Source: Tubulanus polymorphus
Taxonomy: Eukaryota > Animalia > Nemertea
Assembly (NCBI RefSeq): GCF_964204645.1
Contig: NC_134032.1
Location: forward strand, 2,290,416-2,354,415
DNA: 64,000 nt
Direction: 5' to 3'
Position numbers and translations under genes: made by a program
Part shown: piece by piece, positions 50,301-62,165 of the stretch
Layout: every line of letters starts with the position of its first letter
Numbering within the stretch: the first letter of the stretch is position 1
Notes under the pieces: generated by a model
Databases searched by the model: none
What the model was told of the DNA's origin: nothing
Seen by the model: the letters and a program-made list of their open reading frames with translations, nothing else

Positions 50301-52347
50301 TGCTGATCCACTCTTTATTAATACTACTAAAGAAATATTCAGTATAAGAAGTAAAAAGGATATTAAAGTACTATTTATCTTTATATCGCAATAATTTGTG
50401 TACGTATGATTGAAAAACGATATTCTATGGAGTCTCGTGTTACGTACTTATGATTATTGTGTATAAGATCAATAATTAGCAACCTTCCACGGATACGAAG
50501 CAGCCTAAGTTTACATCCTACCATAATTTTCTCTAAACTCTCAGCATTATATCAAGATCGGTCTTAGAAAATATATGAAGGACGTGTTCACAGGTTAACG
50601 AGGCCAAAAATCTTCCTCAAAATTTCAAATTTTTACGAGCAAAGATAATATACTTCATGCTTTTGGTGCAGAAATAATGCATGTCCACAAATTGCAAATT
50701 GTGTTTTCAAAGTAAACGATCCGAGTGTGAAATTGTTTCGAATTCAGGGTTCTCCCATTTACTCTCCGGTATTTTAAATGTTTCAATAAGATACGGTAGT
50801 CGCACTTCTGTTGTGATACAGCTTTCTCTATTGGTCAGCGTTGTGATCACTTAAAATTACCCATAAGTTTGAATTCTCACTGAACTACTACATCCCTTAT
50901 AACGAATATATATTTCAAATGAGGCGATTAACTTTGATGATCTGCGGTCAGTGGACAGCAGTTACGAAACATTCAAAACTACTACATTATCTTCCATCTA
51001 TTCATTATTCATAAATTATATGATATGATATGATATGATATAATATCTCCTTTAGTGTTCAGTTTAAACGTCTTGAACGCAAAAGTTTGACAAGTTTCGC
51101 ATAATGATACCGATACGCACGTTCACACTAGTGAAATGTGCACGTTACAGGCTAAAATGCGCACGTTACAATTACAAATCGAAACGTTGTTCGTTCAAAA
51201 CCCGATGTGAAAATCTTTTGCATTTAGTGGGAAATTTCAAAGTTAGCTCGCTTCCTACAATAAAAATTGGACAAGACTTTTAAAACGACACATTTAATAA
51301 GAGTAGTACTGACGAAGGATTCAGGCAATACCCCGTGTTATTTCTAAAAACATTTAACCGGTAATTAGACAGTACTGGTGTAGCTTGTACAGGTAAAAGA
51401 GTTGTTATATTTACGTTCAGACCGAATGAAATTATTTGATACGAGACACGACTAAGTTGTGTCCGAAACAGATAAATATAGCTATGTGGTCAGTATTGGT
51501 CAAGATTTGGTCACTTGAATAGTTGTTAGATGAAAGCCCACACCATTTCTAATTATTTGACACCAAACACGACTGTGTTGCTTCTAGAATAAACAAATTA
51601 CTTTAAGGTCAGTATTGGTAAAATATTGGTCAGTTAAATAGTTGTTAGATCATAGCCCGCACCGTATCTAGTAGCTCGACGCCCAAACACGATTTTATTG
51701 CTTTACTAAACATATGAATTACATATGGTGGGTTCTAGTTAGTGGTAACTGGTCAAGCATTGGTCAGTTAAACAATTTTTAGTTTAATATCCACATTATA
51801 TCTAGTTATTTGACACCAAATAACTTAATTGTTTGCAAAACAGATAATTTACTATATAGCCAGTACTGGTCATGCATTGGTCAGTTGATAGACCAAGGTC
51901 CACGCCACGAGTTATTTGATACTAAACATTATTGTGTCGTTTCGGAAAATTTATCTGTTGGGCAATTTGTGGTCAGCCCTGGTTCGTTATTTCTTATTTT
52001 GCGGGCATTTTATCTCGAACCACCGAAAGACTGAATTAGGCTACTAATTAATTCAACAGATCATTAATTAATGGAAATGAAGATCAGTGTTAACTAAGTC
52101 CTTAGTCTGAATGAAATGTATGTGGTATTATATGGGTGCTATGGTGCTGTACACCGAACTGTAACTTTTTATTTTCACTACTACCGTAATCGACTATGAT
52201 GTTTTCAAGTGGTCTTAAGTACCGCTAATAGCCGAAAGTCGTTGATTTATGTGAAATTTACACACAGCGCCACCCGTTGGTAGTAAAACTAACCCGAGCA
52301 ATACGGGTCTTAAATAGATACGCTAGCAAACCGGCATTCTCATAATG
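47355..52347. repeat. ~5 kb foldback/palindrome (arms ~2.26 kb, spacer ~475 bp)
   Basis: 47355-49621 is the reverse complement of 50097-52347 with scattered substitutions and indels. Confidence 0.95.
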
Positions 52348-54301
52348 GTGAAATACCAACTGCGCACCCCTCGACGGAGAAACCCATCCTCATCGGAGCT
52401 GCACCGTCGATGTCATACAACTACACTTCGGATACCCCTGAGGACCATACTCTCATCTGGAAAATTTGCGTCTCGAAATGTGCTTCCTTTCTATCTAGTC
52501 AACACGCGGGATCATCAACTAAGAGAACTTCTACATCATTACCCGAAAAAAATAACTAAAATAAACGATCGGACTATTTACACGTAGAAAACGACCAAAA
52601 AAATAAAAAAATGGACGAAATGATCTTCAACCTTGTAATTGACGGACGCCGGGCGCCGAAGGCACCCGGAGGATGTCCCTTTGGTAAACGTGTAGACTAG
52701 CTGACAAAGTCAGAAAAAAATGACGTCACTTGACGTCCGGTTTGAAGAGCTCAGACCACTATTCCAAAATCTTCTATATCCTATAGTAAAAACAAGAAAT
52801 TCAAGAGTTTAGTTCATATATAAGCGCGTAAATTCAGGGGAAATCCTGCTTATGGCTCATAGGCCAGCATCTTAGCTACGCATTGAAGTGGTTTTCGCCC
52901 CACATACCCAACCTAACTTTTGAAATAATCAAACCTTTAGAAAGGAGGGGTATCCCGGTACAGGTATGCCAGTACATCCGAGCCAAATATCTAAGGGAAT
53001 CCCCCACCGTGTTTGGTACCCTTACTCCAAGCAAAAAAAGTCCAGGGAATCCCTTACCTATTTCATCATCAATCTGTCTCTCAGGATCAATGGATTTCAT
53101 ACATATAACCGAAATTCGTTACCTATTCCATTTGCAGAAATTATGGCAACATTTATGGGGGACCTCTTCTTCACTCTAGGTACTATTTTTGGGGTCCGGC
53201 CCTACGCATTTTCGAGCTACTAACCTACTAATAATTGTGGTCTGATGCCTGAAGTTCATGGGGAAATCGGAAGTAGAATTACGTCACGCTAAAATCCGGC
53301 AGCCCATTAACTAAATAAAATAAGCCAATTTATGGATCGGGTTATTTCAGAATTTATTTATTTCATGAAATTTCGAACAAGATTGGGTCGATGAATAGTT
53401 TAACAATGAACCGCGTTGATCGAACGAGTTCGAAAATAGCTGAAATCCCCTTAGCAACGGGAGTGAATTCATAATAAACAAACCACGCGCCGGCCGCGGC
53501 CCGGTGCCACGCGGTTCGGCGCGCAGGTTCGAATTCCGGAGAATTACGCTCTCGCGCGCGCAGCTGTCATTCCCAGCGGCAGCACTGAAATACACTTTTT
53601 TAATCAAAAGTAACGACCCTAAAAACTGCGGTGAGAGTCGCGTTAGAGTCTTAAAATTTCTCGGCCAGCGCGGCGGCGGATCGGCACGGAAGGCGTAGTC
53701 TCGCTCTCGAGCAGCAGCGACATCGCGGTCGGCAAAAACATTAGTCTCCGCCCCTTCTTCAGCAAATAAGGAATTCGGAATCGCTGGCCACGTGCACTGC
53801 TTATTTTGAACCGTATTCCCGGCGGATTAGAAAGAAATGTATATTTTTCGCAAGAGAAATCAATTTTTGTACAGACATTCGCATTACCTGCTAATTCGAG
53901 TTTTTTCTAGCAGAAAATAATTTTCCGATTTGTGCGTTTCAACGCGTATTCGATTTTTTTTCTTTTTGAAGGTAATTAAGAAATGCGTTGTAATCTTCTC
54001 ATCTTCCTTTTATTTCCAAATGGAGCTAATTTCTAAATTAACTACCAGGTCAAAATTCTTCAATATTGCAAAAACCCCTCTCAGTTTCCACCATAGAAAT
54101 GTCATTGGTTACATTATGGTTTCACAAGGAGTTTTAAACCATTAAAAAATGACACTTTATCTAAACCGAAAGAATAATCTTTTTAGCAGACAGTGGTACC
54201 GAGACCTGATTTATAAGAAATTTTTCAAGTTTTTTTTCTCGCAAAAATTAAAATATTAAATTTCATTTGATCTTATAATATAAGATTAAAGAATTATGAA
54301 G

Positions 54302-54365
54302 TTTGATTCATTTCTGAAATTTGGGCTTATAATATATCAAGCCCAAATTTCAGAAATGAATCAAA
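54302..54365. repeat. perfect 27-bp inverted repeat, 10-nt loop
   Basis: tttgattcatttctgaaatttgggctt-ataatatatc-aagcccaaatttcagaaatgaatcaaa. Confidence 0.9.
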
Positions 54366-55896
54366 ACTTACAGTTACAGAGTTACAGTTTCATCTTCTTT
54401 CTTCCCACCCCTTAACTCGAGCATTAATTTTAAATTTTCCAAGTTTTGACTAAGAATTGATTTAATTTCTTCATTAATTCATTGCTTTGGGTTCAACTAC
54501 AGTACAATTTCAATATGAAATATTGGAGTTGATTCTCTTTCCAGTTTCATTAACAACATTTTAGTGTGCTCCTTGTCACTGACAATATTTTGAGTGTTTT
54601 CGACTTCGTTGCCCCGTACTTGAGGTTGTTTTCCCCCATCGCTATCATTTCTTACTATGAAAAATTGAATCAAGCTGTGACGAGGCGTCCGTCACTTAGA
54701 TTTCATCTATTACATATTATCATATTATGTAGTACAGCTTATTTTTTGCGACAGCGCCACGGCGCTGGAGCATATTAACCATCTGGTGTCTTCCAATACC
54801 ACCACCCAGTGGGCTCAAATTCAAGTTCAAATATACTTTATTGATACTCATCAAATATACTTAATTGTTACTTTATTCAATACTTTATTGTTCCCAGTAC
54901 TGCAAATACATCAGATTTCTGCAATTAAGTAGAAAGAACACAAATAAAATTAAGAATCTTTTAGTATTCAGAAAACAACGTACAAGTTATTTTTCAATTT
55001 TAATTAGCAATGAGATATTTTTTTTGCGACGCTCACGCATTCCCTTTCTGGAAGGCAGATCGGCTCTTCCCTGAAAAATTAATTGCTGAATCGACGTCCC
55101 GCTAATGATGAAAACTATCTTTAGATCCCCTGATTTCAAAATTCAAAAATATAGATTTATATGAACCTTAGGTCTACCTTGTAATTAACAAATTATTCGA
55201 AAGCAAAGATCTTGCATTCGAGTTAATTCATTTTAAGCAGTTTCTTTATTTCAAGCCCCGGATTGATTGTCTAAATCTCTTTGCTCTTCTCATGACTTGT
55301 ATTCAATTAAATTTTCTATTCTCATTCTACAATTTGTACGTGAATACTATCAACGGTAGCATTTCTTTCTTTTCATTTCGTTTTTCATAATGATTTTGTA
55401 ATATTTAAATCTTCATTTTATCGTGACGGGTGTTTCCGCTTTTAAACTGTTAGTTTATTACTTCCGATTTTTTAATCTTCATTAATTTATTCATTCTTTA
55501 TTACTTCTCTCTCCAAAATCGGAATAATTGTATCCTTAGACGCTTTTGATCTTGATTTTTAATGACTTTGCAAAACCACCTGTTGCAGTATATTTCCTTT
55601 TAGAAATATACCTTGTCTCCCTCTCTTATGCTGCAACCACCATGACACGTAGACACAAATATATCAGTTGATAATAATATCAAGACAGCGTTTCTTGTGT
55701 TCATCATAACCTAGAGGAAACCATCACATGATCCATATATCTAACGTACGTACATACACACCGCAGTGCATGGCATTCACGTATAACCGCGCGTTGCACT
55801 ACTGCGCTCTCCTAGCGCGTACTATAAGTACTGTCATACGCTGTCTGTTCGTTTAAGACGTTTTTAATTGAAATAAGCTTCATTAGGAACGCATTT

Positions 55897-56100
55897 GGTA
55901 AAAGTGCAGATCCGCACCTCTCGTGATTGACGCAATCTGCTGAATGACAGAATACAGGCTAAAATCTTTCTAGTGAAGATTTAAAATTAACCAATGGCAA
56001 TGTACTGAATTGCTGATGATATTTTGAATCTGAAACAATGATATTTAATGTAATTGATTGAACCGTTTAACGCGGAGAGGTGCGGATCTGCACTTTTACC
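55897..56100. mobile_element. MITE, ~26-bp TIR, 8-bp TSD
   Basis: ACGCATTT|ggtaaaagtgcagatccgcacctctc...gagaggtgcggatctgcacttttacc|ACGCTTTT. Confidence 0.8.
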
Positions 56101-56760
56101 ACGCTTTTTGTCGTGGATAATCATTTGAACTATTTCTGTGGCAACTATAAATAAGTGTGCTCCTCTTTTAATTTCGTAAGATGCTTCGTCGATGGATACT
56201 TAGATTAATATTTTAAGGTAACCTGGTTGGTATAAGCCCATCCGATTATAAAAAGCTTACCACCAACGATTAGGTAACTAACTAACAGACACAGGGACCT
56301 CATTCGGTGTCAATAACCACTTTCACTAGGCCGTACTAGCTGCGTGCACATGGTGCAGGCGATAGTTTCACAGATTTAGTTGAGCTGTTACAATTCCTTT
56401 TTATCCTCTTTTCTACATCTTCAGCAGGTTACCACCAGCTGACTCAACCAGTTTCGCCATATTTTCCCACGGCACCTCGTTTCAGAGGTGTGAAAATGAT
56501 AATCTGTTAATCCATTAAACAAGTGCTGAAAACTGCTGAAAACTTTTTGCTTACTAGAGTAATTGTAGGTTTAGCTCCCCTTTTCAACCACCCTCCCCCA
56601 ACCTCTCAGTCAGTCTCCCTGTTAATGTGTTTCTCTAATGACTGTTTCAATTATATATTATAGGTTATCCTCTCCGGACTGCCGTGTAAACTTCCTCATT
56701 AATACTGGACGTGGACTTCAACCGAAATTCATCAGTTTTACTTCTTCAGTCCACTTCTTC

Positions 56761-56890
56761 TGGACTACTAGTGAACTAACCGGACTATATGTTAACTAAC
56801 CGGACTACTAGTGAACAGACCGGACTATTAGTGACCTAACTGGACTATAAGTGAATTTACCGGATGTGAACTAACTGGACTATATTAGTT
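56761..56890 (+). repeat. 20-bp minisatellite
   Basis: ggactactagtgaactaacc, ~6 copies. Confidence 0.8.
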
Positions 56891-57170
56891 CACTAACTAG
56901 ATAGTGAATTGGTACTCGTGAAAAAACGATCAGTGGTGGACTCCTGAAGGCCAGACAAAGATCAGTCGAACTTTCTATATGGCAGTGCCACGTTGTGGTG
57001 CCAATGTTGGTTGTTTTACATGTCAGTAAATATGTTGTAACATACCCATCTCAAACTATGGCTGTACTGTGATAGCCTTGTCTTACTGTCATTTAGCTGT
57101 ATTTGTTGTCTGAGAATAAAACGGCTTTCATATTCATTATTCATGTTAAATTTTTCATTTGTTTGGTTAA

Positions 57171-57320
57171 ATGCCAGTAAATCGCCCCTTAGCCCGACCC
57201 TGCCAGTAAACAACCCCATAGCCCGACCCTGCCAGTCAATCGCCCCATAGCCCGATCCTGCCAGTAAATCGTCCCATACCTCATCCTGACAGTAAATCGC
57301 CGCATAGCTCACCCTCGCAG
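57171..57320 (+). repeat. ~29-bp minisatellite
   Basis: gccagtaaatcgccccatagcccgaccct, ~5 copies. Confidence 0.75.
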
Positions 57321-59524
57321 GTACATCGTCGTCCAAAACAGTTCGGTTCTACCAGTCGTACCCTCGGTTTTTGTTGTTAGTAGCCGTCATATTGGCTCCC
57401 TCCCCGAAAAACATACTATTTTTTCTGACTTATTAATGTAATTTTTCTGACTTCATAAAACGTACAAGTTTCCGATCCATACATTGCTACAGCTCCGGAC
57501 AAATATTTACCACATGCAGTTTGTCTGAATTTGGCGTGCACATTTTTATTACCGATCATCCGCCGCCCTAGCAATGAGGCTTGTGTGAGGTTGAAAATAT
57601 TAATATTTTTGCAACAGAAAATAAGTCGGAACAAATTGTTAGATGGAAAAGGCCAAGCGCCCCAGCTGCTTGACGTTTATTTGAAAAATTATACCAAAAC
57701 ACGTGACAACCTAATTTGCTGTCACGTACAAAATTGCAATATCATCAATCTAACAAAGAAATACAAAGTCATACAAAACTAACTAGGTCAACCGCCCCAG
57801 CTGGATTGACCTAGTTTCTGATTTAAACAATTATCGGAAAAAATACTACGCGGTCAAACGCCCCTGCTGTTTGACCTATTTATGAATACAAGTAACTACA
57901 CCACTATTACTAAGAAGTCAAACGCCCCAGCTGTTTGACCTAGTTCGGAGTAAAAAGTCCTCGATTAATCGTAAGTGGGCTGTAAAAATGGGCTAGAAAA
58001 GATTAATCGTAAGAGGGCCAACAAATGCCGTAGGCGCAGGTAGGGGATGGAGGGTGGTAAAATGTTAAACTTTACGCCTGAGTTCCGGAACTGAAAGGAC
58101 GTGTTTACTTCGCGTTGATTGGCTGGTTGGCTAATAGCCCGAGGGCGGCGCCACCGGCTGGTGCTGTTGCCCGCCGGGAGAAGAACTTCATTTTCTGTCT
58201 GATGGGCAACTGGTCATTCGCACATCATTTGTTTTAGAGACACTGAATACACTTTTTCCTTAGACTTTTTAAACTTCCTGCAACGAAGCGACGGGCTTTA
58301 AGTCGAAAAGCGACTCGACGCCTACCAACGTAATTCGCCGGATTATCGTCGATTAGCGGTACTACATAACCCCAGCGTATTCAAACTTCGAAGCATTTTC
58401 AAACTTCAAAAGGAAAGATGCCATTGATCGCAATTCAAGAATGGCCAGTGACCTACCTGCGTTACCTTTTGAAATCATTCGCCGAAGCTTTTATTATCGG
58501 TGATGCAACCAATCACCGGCTACGAATTTGAAAGGGGTCAGTTAAAAACTAGTGGGTGCTCCTACAAGTCGTCAATACACTTGGGAATTCTACACAGTGT
58601 TGAAGTCTCTGTCGCTGGATATTGCACAGATAGGACACGTATTGGAAAAAGAGAATTTTCATTAGATTGTAACAAACGCAGCTGAGCTGATATGAACTAT
58701 TTGTTGTAAATACAACTGGATTTTGGCAACAGGACACGGAATTAAAAATGACTTCAAAATTGACTCATGAATAAAAGAAGGATTAAATTGACCTCAGCCT
58801 CCATCGCGTTACAAGGTTGCTGTAAGGTAGGTGGAGCATTTATTTAACATTAGCGGTCGAAATTATGTTTTATAGGTTTAGATTTAGAAAAAAATAGTTG
58901 CGCTTTAGGTTAGGGTTAAGGTTAGGTTTTAATTAACAGGTACCTGTACCCAGTGTTACAGCTTCATGGAAGAACAGACACGCCTACTGATGAAAAACAA
59001 GAGCGGTCCGAATTGAATAAGGTAGGACATATTTCAGCGTGGACTTGTCAACTAGAGTTGATACGTCCATGATTTCAGTGAGAAGAAAAAGACCCCCGGG
59101 CCACAGAAGATCGAACCCGAAGTTGAATGATGATGACAGAGTGGCTTGAAAAATTCAGGTGCGACTTGTATGACATGTCTAATAATTCTCGTAGATAAAT
59201 AGAATTAATAGAACTTAGTAATAGCTAGTTATGACCCCCAATTAAAACATAATTTCAGCCGTTAATTCTTAGGTATTTTGAATATATTTCACAATCATCC
59301 ACCACCAAACCCCACCCCTTAAAACGAAGCTTCGACAATTTTTGTGGGTTAAGCGTGACTTTGGTAGCATGATGAATTGACGATTTGGACTTGACAACTT
59401 TTTACAAAATACAAGCTACAAAAACGTTAACGCATGTAGAACTAGGGAAAGATATAAAACCACGTGACTCTAAACGGGTCAATTATTGCGCGATTTGTTG
59501 AGATTCTTGTCGCTAACTCTGTTG

Positions 59525-59645
59525 AGCCATTTTATTTCGAAGTCTCAACTGGCGCCATTTTATTTCGAAGTCTCATCTCGCGCCATTTTATATAAAGTCT
59601 CATCTCGTGCCATTTTATTTTGAAGTCTTATCTCGCGCCATTTTA
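59525..59645 (+). repeat. ~27-28-bp minisatellite
   Basis: cgccattttatttcgaagtctcatctcg, ~4-5 copies. Confidence 0.8.
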
Positions 59646-60211
59646 GAAGTCTTTTCACGCATCCCAGATGACTCCCAGCATCACTCAAGGGTTGCATTTG
59701 ATGTTGAATTTTGGGAATTTATTTTAATTTGATGCATTTTATTTTGTTGTTGTAATATGTAATATGTATTGTAATATGTATTCTAATATGTATTGTATTA
59801 TTGTATCATGTATTGAAATATATATTGTTATATGTATTGTATTATTGTATCATGTGTTTTAATATGTATTGTATTATCTTGTATTTGTATAATTACCCTG
59901 CTCACTCAGATCTCTCTAATTAGAATCAGTTTACCTATAAATATTGTTGTTTGTACGTTGACTATATTCACTTAGATGTCAGCCTCTATAGTAGTGAAAG
60001 CTTGTGCGTCAAATAAACTAGTCACACCTATATTGTACTACTCGTCTTGTTACATTTATTCTAAACCCGGTTTACACCCCAGGCTCCGCTACGAATTCCT
60101 GATTCGGACCCGCTGTCACTGTCGCTGCCATCGTGGACACAGAGGAAAACTGGCTGGTTTCGAACCCGTGAAAGCAGCAGGCCCATTTCTCTTGGACATT
60201 GAGCAAAACTT

Positions 60212-60395
60212 GGTCGGTTGCACAGTCACGGCTTAGACTAAAGACCAGTCTTAGACCAACTTAGTTCTATAGCCAATCTAACAACTTAAGACCAGTCTAA
60301 ACTCATTCTAGTTCTATAGCCAATCTGACAACTTAAAACCAGTCTTATAGATTTAAGACCACTTTTGGTCTAAGTCACGACTGTGCAACTGGCCC
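60212..60395. mobile_element. short copy of the 47-bp-satellite MITE (inverted)
   Basis: ggtcggttgcacagtcacg...cgactgtgcaactggccc with ~2-3 internal units. Confidence 0.75.
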
Positions 60396-60697
60396 GGCTG
60401 AGAAGTTAACATTCGATTTTTAGCCTTCTTTGACGAAGAGAACTTCAGTGGGACAATACTCAGAACCTGTTTTGGAATTTTCTGCGAAAGCTTCATTTTT
60501 CTAGAGGGAAATCAATCAATTTCATCATTTTCGGTAAATACGACGAGAAATTTTGCCGAAATTGAGAGTATTGAAACAAGCTACACGGCTGTCTAGAATC
60601 AGTTAGTTCGGGTTGAAAAATTCGCAGAAAATTCCAAAACATTATATTTCTACATCACGAGGAGACTGATATTGACCGGTGACCACGTACGCTGAAG

Positions 60698-60983
60698 GAT
60701 TCGATTGAACCCACTACGCTAAAGCTGTTCCAAGCGAGTTCGGGGAGCGATACCGGACCCTGGCAAGCGAGGATGGGCGTACTTCGGTTATCGGAGTTAG
60801 TCGACTATAATTGTCGATCTAAGTGAAACCGAATGTAAGCTTAGTCGGAACTATATTCAGGAACGAAATTAACCGCTTTCGGTTATTAGTTCCGCCCTGA
60901 ACACTCATCCTCGCTTGCCAGGGGTCCGGTATCACTCCGGAACTCGCTTCCAGGGAACAGCTTAAGCGTAGTGAGTTCGAATC
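60698..60983. mobile_element. hairpin MITE with ~80-bp imperfect TIRs
   Basis: ..cactacgctaaagctgttcc..gataccggaccctggcaagcgaggatg / catcctcgcttgccaggggtccggtatc..ggaacagcttaagcgtagtg. Confidence 0.7.
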
Positions 60984-62165
60984 CCTAGACAAGCCGTGCC
61001 GAAGATGTTAACATTTTGAGCACCCCATTAATTTGTTGGCAATCCAAAAAATGAGAACAATATATCAAAAGTTTTTCAACTATATGGTGCTGGGGGTAGG
61101 GGCTTAAAACTTATACTTCATTGCCCATTCAAACATGTCTCGATTCAAAAGTTGTGCGAACATACCGGGAATAAAACAGCGGGTTCGTGTTTGTAATTGG
61201 AAATCGATAGGATATATCATAGTTGGTTGTTATGTCAAATTCTAATGGGTTTTTCTTTAGACCAAACATATAATTGGCAACTTTCAGCGTAAACGTTCTC
61301 CAATGTAATTCAGTTCTGTGGATACATCGTAGGCTGTATTTACATTTATTCATTTTTGGAAAAAAAAGATCCACCAGTTGATGACTGGTGAGTGGGTAGC
61401 TCGGGTCTGGGCAAAAATCTATTTCAAACAAGAATGAAATTTACCATTAAGTTACTTATAAACAACACTGATTGAAAAACGCCCTAAATCTCTTGACCTA
61501 TTTATTATCTTAACGTTACTCGTACGTACGGTCAAAGTGAGGAATCCAAAACGAAAGTGTTTGCGAAATAAAAATAAAAGATTAATTTTTTTCTTAAAGC
61601 AAAATTCCGCATTCGATTGACATCTTAAAGAGGAAACGAAATATTCGCTATCTTCTATTAGATATAAAGCAAAGATTTGGCTAAATGTTTCAAACGTGAC
61701 GGCTTAGAATTTTAACAACTCTAATGATGCGCTGATTATTTACGAGGTCAATTCATCTTTTATTTTCATGAACCTGAATGAGCAGGAAAAATAAAAAAAT
61801 AACAGGTTCAACATCCCACGGTAATTTTGGGCAGTTTGATATTCGCACCACATTCTTATCCAATTCATAAGAATTTTTCGGTTCCATCATTTCCACGTGT
61901 CGTGAATACCCACGCCCGATTATATTTCAGAAATATTCTGATAACTTCGTTCGCTCAGGTTTTTAAGAAATCAATTTCATGTTTAAAATTCCAATATTTT
62001 CAATAGTTTTCAGACGCATCTTGCAGAGAGGGCATGATTTTGGGTGAAATGTGCGAACTTTAATTGATCGAACGAATAATTTAAAAAAAAACTATTCCTG
62101 AGCTTAGATAGGACAACCCGATAATATTTGCCGAATCAAAACGTTTAGGCTGTTTAAAACATTTA

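Noticed and set aside
47655-52034. Mirror-image ORFs in the palindrome arms
   Set aside because: Short, frameshifted relative to each other, and produced by the inverted repeat
52830-53800. GC-rich patch, NF-kB-like sites and short ORFs
   Set aside because: No linked gene or domain found; short motifs are expected by chance or from transposon sequence
58905-58930. Telomeric repeat
   Set aside because: Only 3-4 degenerate TTAGG(G) units, common inside MITEs
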